Source: Octopus sinensis (taxonomy: Eukaryota). Taken from it: DNA of 64,000 bases. A model generated the notes under the pieces. It worked only from the letters and a program-made list of their open reading frames with translations, made no database searches and was not told the origin of the DNA. Positions 1 through 13,600 of the stretch are shown here, one piece after another. The stretch's first letter is position 1, and the number at the start of each line of letters is the position of its first letter. The position numbers and the translations under genes were made by a program. The DNA lies in assembly GCF_006345805.1 (NCBI RefSeq), contig NC_042999.1:56544001-56608000 (forward strand), in the 5' to 3' direction.

Positions 1-1449
1 ATGACAATGCCTTATAACAGCAGTCCTCTTTCCGTTCTGCGACCCTCATTCTAGATATCAGCAAAACCATTTACTGCAAGGTGAGGAGGAGGCAGAGTCA
101 GTGAATGGGAAAGTGGACAGTGGGGTGGGGGTCAGCATGCTCCTCCTCTCCCAGTGGGTGGGGTGGTACTAGAAAGAAAACTAAAGATGAAACTGAGGGA
201 GCAGGACAAACCTTCAAAGTAACATGTAAAAAAGGTTGCAAGAGGAGACAGGAGGTAAGAGATAGAAGTAGGGGCTGAAGGTAGTCAATTGTAAGTGAGG
301 ATGGAGTGCAATGGAAGTACAAGGCTTAAAAAAAATACTGGGATCAATTCATTTAGCTAAAAATCCTTCAAGGTGGTGCCCCAGCATGGCCGCAGTCTAA
401 TTACTGAAATTAGTAAAAAAATAAATAAAGAATAAAAAAAGTAATGAAAATTAAATGGTGCTGGAATAAATCTTTGTGAAATATTTTTGTGTAAATAATG
501 GTTCTTCTTGGTTGCTTTTTTTCTACAGCAACTATTTTAAACTTATTGCTAATAACATATTTCGGTATGGCTGATGGCTCCTATACATCGTGGATCTAGT
601 TCTGTTTTATCTCACCATCGCTTATCTTTAGATTTAATCAAACTGTTGTTGTGGAACATTAGTTATATTCTATATTTTGATATGATTTATATCTCCATTA
701 AATAAACCAGATATTCCAATATTATGTTCACACTATTTGCTCCTGTTATCTGATTTAGCTAATGACTGTCTGGTTTGCTTTTCCCCCTATTGTTATACAA
801 ACCTGCAATAATTGTATAAATTAGCTTAAATTATCCAAATTGCTTGGTTTTGTTTTGCCTTTGCTTTTATAAAAGCAAGAAATTATTGCATAAATTCGTT
901 TAAATTACCCAAATTCTCTTTTCTACATCATGATTTTCATTATATTTTTTATGCCTGTTTTTCCATCTACTATGGGTTCGATGAGTATGCTGTTGAGGCA
1001 TTGTTTTACAATCAGGTTTCCTTCCTACTGCAAATCCTTACATGCTTTTCAAAGAAGGGATTTCTTATTTTACTTGTCTTCGTAGGAGTAGGGCAGACAG
1101 GTTATTGTCAGAAGTGACAATGTCACTGATAGCAAAAGTAGCTTTCACAGAGCACATATGAAGGTAAATGCACACATGCATGTGTTTGCATGTATTTGAT
1201 GACTTGTCAGTCTCTGTACCAAATTCACAAGGCTTTGGTCATGCTGGGGCTATAGTAGGAGGCAATTCTCCAAGGTGCGGTGCATTGGGGCTGAACCCCA
1301 AACCATAAAACAGTTGGGAAACAAATTTCTTGACCACCCAGCTATTTCTAAACATGTATTAATTAGGTTAAAATATTTACTATTGCTATGAAATGTTTGT
1401 GTGTGTATATAATTATTTAATCATTAATGTTTTTTTTTCTTCTTTTCAG

Positions 1450-1643
1450 TGGTTAGGTTTTTCCAAGAATATAGTGAACCAGAAGAAGGTGGAGAAACAA
1501 TCAGCCAGCCACCTTCTCGTCGGGACATCAATCCTCTCCATCCTCCTCCGGCTGGTCCCTCTGAAGAAAATGTTTTGCTTCCTCTGCCAGAGAGCACACT
1601 CAACTGTAATTTAGGGATCCCTATTGTAGTACTTGTAACAAAA
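1450..1643 (+). CDS. DYNC1LI1: Dynein LIC exon ([13 protein letters not shown]...[11 protein letters not shown])
   Basis: tcttttcag acceptor; AAA|gtaagt donor; matches LIC QEY..P...LPL...TL..NLGIP..V..TK. Confidence 0.95.
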
Positions 1644-4600
1644 GTAAGTACCCTATTCTCTAAGTCCTTCATGACTATATTCGTCTGAGACGCAGCTTCT
1701 TAATGCTGACTAGGGGTTGGCAAGGTAGTTAATATTGACTCCTGTGGGTGGGTCTTTGTGGCCATGCAAGCATTTGATAAACACCTGAAATGTTTTTTAG
1801 CACTGAGGGTGCTGAATTGTTAAACCTGGAAGTGTCAGGTTATCTAAGGCTAAAACTCACTAGTTTCCAGCTAATACAATACAATAACTATTCATCCATT
1901 TTCTCCACCTACTATTCTAGAGATGGTCATTGGGGGTAGCATCCTTGGGTATCTCGCCCATGGGATCCTTTCAGAAGCAACTGGCTGGATTCTCAACTGA
2001 GATGAAGAGTATTATCCAACCATTTTGTTCTTGATCTAATCACATGTTCATCATACTGGAACTGACCTCTCATTGTGGAGAAGTGGCAACTCAACCTGGA
2101 GAGACTCCTTGATCTTCAAGTTATGCGCTCTATCGTTACTCCAGAGATCCTTCAGTAGAATCCCATTTTGGCTGCTTGTATTCACAATTGTACTCTTTCA
2201 GTCATTACCTAATATTTGTGACCAGAGGTGAGGACAAGCATGGAAACTGAATTGAAAATAGTAAGCTTGGCTTTTTTACCAACCACTTCTCTTTTGAGGA
2301 TTGAATGCCGGAATTGGCACATTACTGAGCATCCAGTTTAGCCTCCTGCTTCCCATCACTTGTGTATATAACCCTGAGATACTTAAACTTTTCCATGTCT
2401 TATTGATGTCACTAATATGCAGTGCACTCTAAGATGAGGTTTTTGAGAGGACCAGTGTCTCAGTTTTTGCAACATTAATTCTTGTTCCTGCCTTGCATCA
2501 CCTGGCAATAAAATCATTCAATGCATGTTGGAGATCACCTTCTGAAGAGCTATGTTTGTTACACCATGTCGTTTGCTGATATCACTCAACTGGTTCTTCA
2601 TCCATCAATTGTGACACCACTTCTACAATGTCTGTGCATATCTGTGCAGTTCATAAAAATTCTGAAAAGGAAGGGTGACAATACACACCCTTGCTGAAGT
2701 CCAACATTCATCTTCAAAGGTTTAGACTAAACTCCATTTGCATTATGTACATTATTTACATTTGACGGATATTTGTCCTCATCTTATTTGTTGTTAACAC
2801 AACGTTTCGGCTGATATACCTCCCAGCCTTTATCAGGTGTCTTTGGGAAATTTCAAACCTGGGTTCTCATTGCTAAGGTATTTTTCATCTTTATTATTAT
2901 TATCATTCAGGTCATTGCTTGGAATCGAACTCGGAATCTTGGGGTTAGTAACCCGTGGCATAGTGGTTAAGAGCACGGGCTACTCACCCCAAGATTCCAA
3001 GTTCAATTCCAGGCAATGACTTGAATAATAATGATAATATAATAATAATAACATTGAAAAATACCTTAGGAATGAGAACCCAGGTTCCCCAAGACACCTG
3101 ATGAAGGCTAGAGGGTATATCAGTCGAAACGCTGTGTTAACAACAAACAAGATGAGGACAAATATCTCTCAAATGTAGAACTGTATTAAACTTCATTTAG
3201 CCAAACACAAACATCTGGTAAGATGATTGGGTCTGATCTGAGGGAAATGTCACTGTTCTTTGTAGCAGGTTGAGTAACCACACACAGGTTACTTTGTTTA
3301 TAGTATTGTAGTTTAAAACTAAGACTGGGTCAGTACTTTAGAAATTTGAACTGTTCCTCTAATTTCTCTCATAGATTATAACATTGCTCTGTCTGTCAAT
3401 GTGAATATTACAACCATATTAATTACTGATGGCAAAATTAACAATGAATCAATAATACATCTCTTTATGGTCCTTGATCTCCATTCATTTCATGTGTAGG
3501 ATCTTGCTTTGTTGGGTATTGCTCTATCTTCTTAAGCCTACCTCATCTACAGACACAAACAAATGAGAAAGCTATGTTATCACTCAACTGGTGAAACCTA
3601 GTAGCCATATTAATCTCTGTAAAGTCATACTTCACTGTCTGGACACATTAGATAATGTGGCCCTACTTGTTTTTAAATAAATGGTTCTGACTGGAACACT
3701 TTCGATCAGATGTTTGTTTGGTCTAGGTTGACTTGGAGTTAAACTACAGGTATTTTATCATAATTTTAGACAAAAATAAGAGAACTAACTTAGTGACCAG
3801 TGGCATGTTTTTGAGCAACAGATTATTACAAGTTTATCAAATAGCATATTACATAGATTCTTGATTTATTACACATTATCTCTGCCTCTAAGAGATGTCT
3901 CATAATTACCAAAAGGCAGTTAACTTCACTTGAGAAAGGGAGATAATCTCAAGATTGAAGAATTCTCCAAAATTGACATGTCATTAAAGAAAAGAAGACT
4001 GGTGGACAATTGTGAACATGTTTCTCTGACCTTTTGCTGTTCATTAAATTTTCATTTGAAAACAATTATTTCGCGCATTCTTTGATAATACATTTCAGTT
4101 CTACATGTGTTTTTCTCATCTCAGAGATTCTAACCGGCAAGAATGGCTGAAAACAACTAAGACAGTAATTGCCATTTTCTAACTGCTTCAAAACAGAACT
4201 TCCTCAGAGATGGAAATCTTTTAGTCATTTCGATCATTATGTCCAACATAATGTATGAAAATTGTTGCAGTATTATCTGGTCCCTTAATATTGTTTTGTC
4301 TGTAAAAATTGAAGTAGCAATGATAGCACACTGCGTGAATAAGATTTACAAGATCAAGATTTATCAGGAATAATTACAAGTTCAGCACATCAACTTGGTC
4401 TTTGTGTATTTTGTTTGTCATGCAAAGACAAGAATCCTGATATCTAGATGAAAATATTAAATTAATGTAATTGTAGATGAGTGGTTTGTGTTTAATGTTG
4501 GCCTTTACATGCATGTAATGTTGAGGCATAAATGCGTGGGTATGTTGGGAACACATCTTCTTGAGTGGTAGTTGTTTAGCTCCAGGTCAGTCTTCATCAT

Positions 4601-7600
4601 TTGATGTGCCTCTTGTCTGCTGGCATGGGTTGGATGGCTTCATAGGATCAAGCAAGCCACAGGACTGCCTCGAGCTCCATTGCCTGCTTAGGCATGGTTT
4701 CTATGCCAACCACTTTGCAGTGTCTATTGGGGGCTTTTTCCTCATTCCACCAGCACTAGAAAGTTACTTGCAAGACAGAAAAAAGACTAGAGTGGGAGAA
4801 AGGGAAAGGTAAGCTCACCCTACTGTAGGAGGTGGGGTTGAGGCAGAGGTAGTTTTATGCTAGATGTTTGAGAGGCTAAAGTATGATAGAGGTGTTTGGC
4901 GATTGAGGTGATGCATAGCTACCCCACATTATATATGAGTGGGTGGTTGTAGCTGGGGGAAGATAAAGATGGTAGTAGTAGGGGACAGAGCAGACTCTCA
5001 AGGTACAAGGTAAGCATCAGAGTGAATGGTCGTGACTATCCTGTATTTTTAATAGTATCTAGGAGGGGTTGAGGGAAGTTTGGCTGTTGTTTCTTGCAAG
5101 TAAAGGTTCCCTTATTGGTTCATTCATTATATTTCAGTTGATGTTATGTCGTTCATAGCCCATGGTGGTTTCTGCAATCAATTATACCAGTTACTGTCCT
5201 TTTATAGGAAACTAATTTCCTGTTAGTCTGTAACATAATACTCTTCCCTGTATTCCTGTAACTTTAGTCAATGACAAAAGATGTTTGAGATAAAATGATT
5301 GAAGTATTTTAGATTGTGTGGGATTGAAGAAAGATGTTGGTGAAACTTGTTTATTCCAATTATCTGCGTGAGATTAAGATGTTGGACAAGAGGTTCCTTT
5401 CGTCATCACTTCATCATTGCAATTGAATAGGACAAATAACCTGTGTGTCAGGCTGCTTGCCTGACAATGAGGTTCCACTCTCATTTCACAATTGAGTATT
5501 TAGAAGAGAGAGAAATATCTTGGAAAAAGAAAAAAAAATGCCCAACCCATTATAGTATGATGGAGGGGATGGAAATCAGTTAAAAATTAATAATTAAATT
5601 ATAATTCTTTTTTTTTTTTTTTTTTTTCAGACTGATACTATTTCTGTTTTGGAGAAGGAACATGATTATAAAGAAGAGCATTTTGACTTTATCCAGCAAC
5701 ATTTGAGGAAATTTTGTTTAAACTGTATCCTTCAACAAGAAATATGCTTATCAATGTGGTAGTTGGGATATTTTAAGGGCTTTACATACAGTTTCAGGGG
5801 AAGTGTCTTTAACTGTAGTCATGGACCAGCCAAAGCTTTGTGAGTGAATGTGGTAGATGGAAACTGAAAGAAGCCTGTTTGTGTATGTACTCTCCAAATA
5901 TTGTGAGTTACGAGCAATTGTCTTATGATAACAACTCATCTGCCAGCTTTACACCTTTTGAATATGTGTAAAAATGAAGGGTTACTGAGAGAAAGGACAT
6001 CTGGTTGTAAAATTAAAACCTTTTTTTCAACTTGAAAAAAAAAACAAAAAAACTGGCACTCCTTCAGTTACGATGACAAGTGTTCCAGTTGATCCGATCA
6101 GTGGAACAGCCTGCTCATGAAATTAACATGCAAGTGGCTGAGTACTCCTCAGATATGTATACCTTTAACGTTGTTCTCTGGGAGATTCAGTGTGACACAG
6201 AATGTGACAAGGCTGGCTCTTTAATTGTCAGTTGAATGGACTGCAACAACATGAAATAAAGTGTCTTGCTCAAGGGTAAGATGCTCTGCCGGAAATCAAA
6301 CTCCTGACCTTATGATCTTGAGTCTAATACCCTAACCACTAAGCTAACATGCTTTTCACTTTGTCTAACTTATGCTGGAAAGGAATAACAGATATAACAT
6401 TGAACAAACGGAGTTAGATCTTTGTGTATTTAGGTCCACAAGGACCTTTTGTGGAGAGCTTGGGATAAGGTTTGAACAGAACAATTTCATTGTCTTCTAT
6501 CATTCTTTAGGACTAAATCCCTATGGATATGAGTCCTTATATAAAACCCACAGTGTATTCTGCAAAAAGGTCCTTTGTGAGCCAAATTTCACTGTAGACC
6601 AGACGTATTGTTGTGACTCCATTTATATTTATAAAAGTTAGATGTCTTCCATGTTCAAGATGATACAGTCTCAGTTTATACTTCCTTACTTTCAAATTCT
6701 AATGTCCTATAATTTGTGTATAACAATTTACTTTATTGATAATTATCATCCTCCTCATTGTTATTGAGAGAGAGAAAGGCAGTGAGCTGGCAGAATCATT
6801 AGCACACTGGGTGAAATACTTAGCGGTATTTCATCTGACACTACGTTCTGAGTTCAAATTTTGCCAAGGTCGACTTTGTCTTTCATCCTTTCGGGGTCGA
6901 CAAATTAAGTACCAGTGTAATCGACTAGTCCCCCTCCCCCAGAATTTCAGGCCTTGTACCTCTAGTGGAAAGGATTATTGAGAGATAGCAGTGCATGCCA
7001 TCAAAGTGACACTGGGGTATAAATATATGAAGCCCAATATACTCATCATGACTACCCATCTGATAAGGGTACATCAAGCATTTGCATCACAACCTCATGT
7101 GCACGACATGATGACTTCATATCAAGATAAATGGCACATTCTGCTCAAAAGGTCCCTGAATAAGGGTTGTTTGAGGATAGTAAATGAAAAACCCATGTTT
7201 CCAAGGATGAATTCTTTGAACCCTAAAGAACCCCTGTCAACACATGGCTATTGAGACTTTTCTACTACTTCTGCTTGTGATCAGAGATGCACATATTGTC
7301 AGCCACTAAGAGACATGCTCAACTGGTTATGTTCAAACAACTGACAACCAAATCTGGTATTTAGCAGTATATTTTCTGTAGCCCATCTTTTACACCAATA
7401 CAAAACCTGTACGTAACCCTTCCAAGATCAGAATTCTGAGGGCCACTGCACTAGTATTATTATTAGGAAGAGGTTCGTTTGGAGAAAAAGAATCTTCGTT
7501 TTCAACACAGATGGCAGCACTCGTTTGTGTGTGCAATGAGAGCTAACAGTGACCTTCACTCAGCAGTGTACCAAGTGACATCACTGTGTTTACTTTTCAA

Positions 7601-10600
7601 GTAGTGAACTTTGTGTTTTTGTGTTCACGTGTGTCTGCTGTAGTCTGCGATTTTATCACGGACAAGAACAAAGAGCCAACGTGAATTTCGTGTTAAACTA
7701 CAGAGACATTGAGCATGCCTCAGCAAGTTTACAGCGACAAGGCAATGGGTCATAGGCAATGTTTTGAGTGACACGGGTGCTTCAAAAACAGAAGACCTGT
7801 CACAAGTGTCACCCCCAGAAATGTAGCATTGTGCATCAAGAATTCATCCCTCGAGCAGGCCATCAATCTAGAATTCTACTGCGGCATTTTGAAGCATTTG
7901 AAGGAGGACATTCAACGAAAGCGACCAGATCTGTGGAGCATGAAGAATTGGTTTCTTCATAGAGCCCTTCTCACTTATGAGTTTTTCGGCAAAAACAACT
8001 TGTCTACCTGCCCTATTTCCCAGATTTAACACCTGCGGACTTCTATCTCTTCCCCGAGATGAAAATGTAGCACTAAGGTCACCATTTTAACACAGTTGTC
8101 AAGATATAGAGAGACTCACAGAAGATCCTCAACTTGCTTCTGGAAAATTACTGCCTGGCCAGATTCCAAAAATGGCAGGAACACATGGACTGGTGTATTG
8201 CTGTGCAAGGTTGCTATTTCGAAAGAGATGATGTTAAAACATAGGCAAATGATTTATTTTTTTAAACATAACTAGTCTGGGAACCTTTTGATACCATCTC
8301 AGACATTCCAATATCCAAACTATTACAGTCATTATTAGCATGGTAAAAAATAAATGTAAAGTGATTTTCCAAGATATTTTACTATAAAATGATGTACTAT
8401 TTGACCAATGTATTTTATATATTGGTTAGGTGCATAATTATTGTGGCTTTTTTCAACAAATTTTATTCAACAAAAACAGCTTTAAATGATTATTCCGAAG
8501 CATATTCACCATCTACTTCAATTACTGCTTCCCATTTGCTTGGCAGATGGTCAGGCCGTCATTTAAAAATGTTTTTGTTAAATATTGTTATTGTTGAATA
8601 AAATTTTTTGAAAAAAACGCTGCAATAATTATGCACCAGCTCAATATAAAATGGTGATGTACTATTTGATCAATGTATTTTATCTATAAAATATGAGATG
8701 TCGTAAGCTTTCTTTAACCCTGAAGATGGTGCTGCCCTAATATATACATCTGTGAAAGAGGAAAAGAACTGTGATCTTTTGTTTAAGTATTTGGTCCACA
8801 GGATATATGGATTTTCATTCTCAATGCCTGCATATGTGGTAGAAAAAGATTCTGTGTTTGTGTAAGTGTTTATTTGGTTTTTCTTTCCCTCCCCCTCTTA
8901 AAATGTCTTCTATAAAAACTGTTTTATATTGTTGTGATTGCTGGAAAGTATAGATCACTTCTGATTATGTATATGGTATTTTATGATTTAGAAGTGCTGG
9001 TGCCATGTAAAAAGTACCCAGTACACTTTTTGTAAAGAGGTTAGCATTAGAAAAAAACATCCAGCTGTAGAAACCATTCCAAAGCAAAGGAACCTGGTAC
9101 AACTCCTGGCCGTGCCATTTCCTGTCAAACTATTCCACCCATGTCAGCATGGAAAACTGACATTAAATGATGAACTTGTCTTGCTTAAAAACGCCATTTT
9201 ACTCCATGGGTTGGAAGGTCAGTTCTTATTTGGGACCACTACCCTCCATAGTGTGGCGAATGGCCTGTACCCTTCTCATTTGTTTTCTTTTTGACATAGT
9301 TCCTACAATAGGACACCCTTCCTGACACCGACCACTTTATATATTGAGTGCAACTGTTTTTTCATTGCTATTTATGCTACAGTGTCACTGTTTTAAAATG
9401 GAGTTTCTTTTGGAGGAGACTTGTTGACAAAGAAAAAATAATAAACCAATTGTTTTAATTCTCAGGTTTTACTCTTGTGCCTGGGAAGGCTTCTATAGTT
9501 TACTTGTTAATATAAGTTGGCATAGGATCCTGTAACCTGTTAATTGCTGTTTAATCTTTTGACCTCCTTGAATCCGTCTCTGTTAAACAGCTTATTTGTT
9601 GTACAAAGCTAAAGTTGTTATCTGAAGGTAAAACTATTGGACCTCTGCCAGTAAATAGCAGTTTCAGTGACAGAAAGTCGGTGAGCCATTTCCCAAGATG
9701 TTATTAAGTTGTTATCTTTTAACTTAACCTCCATTATTGGTTTAGGACAATATTGCAGTCATTTAGCCTTAGGAGACATTGTCTCCAGCTGGCTATATGA
9801 CATGATCTGTGTCCTTATATTTTCGAACAAGGGAATTTTGCATTCCCCACTCAGCTCAAAACAATATCTGTGTATTGTTATTTCCTGGAAATTGTGATAC
9901 ACAAATATTGTTTTGAGCTGAGTAGGGGTGCTAGATTCTCTTGTTCGAAAACAATAAGGGCACAGATTGTGTCATATAGCCAGCTGGAGACAATGTCTCC
10001 CGGGGCTAGATTACAGCAACATCTGTCCTAAACCAAGACTGCCATGTTATGTTGGCAAATAATCTTTACTCTAAAGTACTGTTGTTGAATATCTCACATT
10101 GTGAGATTTAAAAATAGTAATTTTCTAATTTAACCTCCATTAGGTAGAAATTTGTTGTTTTGGTCACGCTTTTCTTTTAGATTTCTCTTGAGGAATTTCA
10201 GATTTCAACCTTGAATTCTTTCTCTGTTTTTCTTTTAATCTAGTCCTGCTGGTTGGGATACAGAAAAGAAAATATCTATTCTAAATGAAAATCTTGCAAA
10301 CATGAAAGCTGAGGACCTGAGTGAAGATATTCCCAGTAAACCAGTTGTAAGAAAGGTAAGCTTGCCTCCCAGCTCCTTGGCTTCGGGTTTAGCCCCACTG
10401 TAAGTGGGCAAGTGTCTTCTATTTCAGCTGTGGCTGACCAAAGACTTGAGTGGATTTAGCTGATGGAAATTGAAAGAAACCCATCATTGTGTGTGTGTGT
10501 GTGCCACCCACTCTACAGAGTGTACAGGATGCATTTTCCTTGGTGCGCCTTGTAACTTTCAAGACAAAAGCCTCTTAGAAAATTATTATTTTTAAATCTC

Positions 10601-13600
10601 AGATATTCAGCAACAGTACTTTGGAGTAAAGATTGTTTGCTAACATAATGTGGCAGTCCTGGTTTAGGACAAATGTTGCTGTAATTTAGCCCCAGGAGAC
10701 ATCGTCTCCAGCTAGCTATACAACACGATCTGTTGTGTTACATTTTCGAAAATATCTGGTGCTACATATAAATGAAGGGAGATAACCCGTAAATCACGAT
10801 ACACAGATATTGTGTTGAGCTGAGTGGGGGTGCTAGATTCCCTTGTTCGAAAATATAAGGACACAGATCATGTCGTATAGCCAGCTGGAGACGATGTCTC
10901 CTGTGGCTAAATTACAGCAACATTAGGCCTAAACCAGGACTGCCATGTTATGTTGGCAAACAATCTTTACTCCAAAAGCCTCATACTTGAGAGGGGAGTG
11001 GAAGAGGGGGGAAATGATTGTAAGCCAGGTGAGAGGGACAGAGATAGTTGCCTTTTTCTATAGAGGAGATTGTTGGCCACCCCAGTAGGATGAGGAAAGA
11101 GAAGGAACTGGGGGAGAGATTGTGTTGGGGCCTACCCACACTGAACAGTAGGGTGGGGTATAAGTAGTACAGAGGAGGATGTTCAATAAGAATGTAAGGG
11201 GATGGAGTTAAATCCCACAGACATTTACTAGATTGCTTGTATTCCCTTATTCTTATCTTTTCACAATATATTTTGATATTTGCAGTTTGCATTATACATC
11301 TATCCTCATTTGTCGTGGGTGCCTGGTTCCTCAAAAAATACAATGGTGAATGAATCCTCTCCAGTCACTTAGTAAATGGAACAAATGATAGATTCAGTGA
11401 CTTCAAATCCATGGCTCACAGTAGCAAAGCTTCCAACATCACATAGTTTCTTGCTCTTGTCAACCGTTTTCTGAAGAAAATGCAGTTGTCTGTGTTGTTT
11501 GTTAGGATCTGGTACCTTCATGTTTTCTCTGTTCACTCATCTTGTGTTGATGGCTAAAAGCAGCTGAGCACTGTGGATGGTCAGCATGGTATGCTTTTGT
11601 GATAAGTGGAATCTTCAACTGATCATTAATCCATGTTATTACAGATCAATCAGTGATAAACGGAGCTACATATATTTTCTTCCATCTCAAAGAATGGAAA
11701 TATTTCAATGCCTTATATGTCTACATTTCCTTCCTGTTACCTTAGACACAGAAAACTTTGTTTTATTACTGTATTGCACTAACCCTCCTCCCCCACAAGT
11801 ACATTTCAGGAATTTAAAAAATTTATCAGTTTTATAATCTTTAAGTGTAGATAATTTTTTTTTAATATTGAAGAAAGGAAAGGAAAAAAATCTAGAAAAT
11901 TCAATTTTTCTGAAATATGGGAATGCAGTGATAAATGTTTTTTTTAAAGTATTTGACCCCAAGATTTGCTAAGGGAAAAGTGAAAAAGTAGCATTGATTT
12001 AAATGGGTTTCATATAAAGGAAATGGATTCCAATAACTTGAAATGGGTGAATTAAATTGCTGCTATCCGAGCGTGATCATTGCCAAGAACACGGATTGGC
12101 TCCTGTGCCAGTGACACGTGGAAAGCACCATTCGAGCATGATCGTTGCCAGTGTTGCCTTACAGGCACATGATAAACAACATTCAATGCCAGCATGGAAA
12201 GTGGACATTAAACAATGATTATGATAGATTATTGTCAGCAGTTTCTTTTGTAATAATTCTTTTCTGTATATTTGCAGCCTATCCAGAAAGATGCAGAAAT
12301 TGTTGCTGAAGATGAACAAGTCTTTCTTATGCGTCAACAAAGCCTACTTAACAGTCAACCTGCTCCAGGTTCCACACCGGTCTGTATCTCCTGACAATCC
12401 AATTGACTTTTCATGTTACTGCCACCACCAGCCCCTGCAATAAACATTGGTTTCTTTTTGCTATTTTCAAAAGATTTTTATTTTATGCCCCTAACAAATG
12501 AACATCTTTACTAATAGCATGTTAAGTATGTCAGAGGTCACCAACCTAATTCTTATTGATCTCCAGAGGTTGGAGTGGGGCTCTTCTTCGATGGGGAAAT
12601 TATGTAATGTGTTCTATTTTACTGTCAAACCCAGATATTTGAAACTTAGAAATAATTACTGGAGAAGTGATTGTCATCATTCGTTAATCTTATTCTACAA
12701 AACAGAATATAAATTTACCCTTGTAAATTCTTTCTTTTTAGATGCAAATCATTTTGCTAAATTATTTTAGGCTCTCCAACATGAATTCCTGCAACAACAA
12801 TGAAGAATCAATATTTTTGCTGATCCCTTGCCAGATTTGTTTAATAAGAACTTGGAATGTAATTTTATCTCGGTTGCTAAACAAAGAACAGAAACGGCAA
12901 AGCCAAAGATTATTTTGTACTTTTTTCTCCAGTTTCTCTTATTTTTACAAGAATGACCTGCCCTGCATACAGTGTCGTCTCATTGATGCTGTAAATATAG
13001 TGTCATATAATATCTGATGCTGCAAATGCAATGTCATACATCTCATGTTATAAATATAGCATCATGTCTCCATTGATGTTATAAATAGAGTATCATACCA
13101 CTTTGATTTGGAAATGCAACCGGTTGCACATAAAAAGCACATTTCGAGCGTGGTCAATGCCAGTACCACCTGACTGGCCTTATGCCAGTGGCACATAAAA
13201 AACACCCACTACACTCTCGGAGTGGTTGGTATTAGGAAGGGCACCCAGATCATATTGGAGCCTGGAGTAGCCTTCGGTCGAACCGTCCAACCCATGCCAG
13301 CATGGAAAGCGGACGTTAAATGACGATGATGATGTGTACCATGTCTCATTGCAATATCTTTGCTAACATGACAATAAACTGATGGAGAGAAATTACATAA
13401 GATCATATTCTATACAGATTCCTGTGTATGGCGTAGTGGTTAAGAGCACGGGCTACTAACCCCAAGATTCCGAGTTCGATTCCAGGCAGTGACCTGAATG
13501 ATGATAATAATATCGAAAAATTCCTTAGGAATGAGAACCCAAGTTCGAAATTTCCCCAAGACACCTGATGAAGGCTGGAGGGTATATCAACTGAAACGCT

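Larger units (their letters stand above)
5725..8725 (+). other. U12-type (minor spliceosome) GT-AG intron
   Basis: 5'ss GTATCCTTC (consensus RTATCCTTT); branch-like TTCTTTAAC at 8710-8718, 7 nt before the AG-ending acceptor (ccctgaag); no polypyrimidine tract; boundaries fixed by reading frame (AAC T|AT GGT = N-Y-G). Confidence 0.88.
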
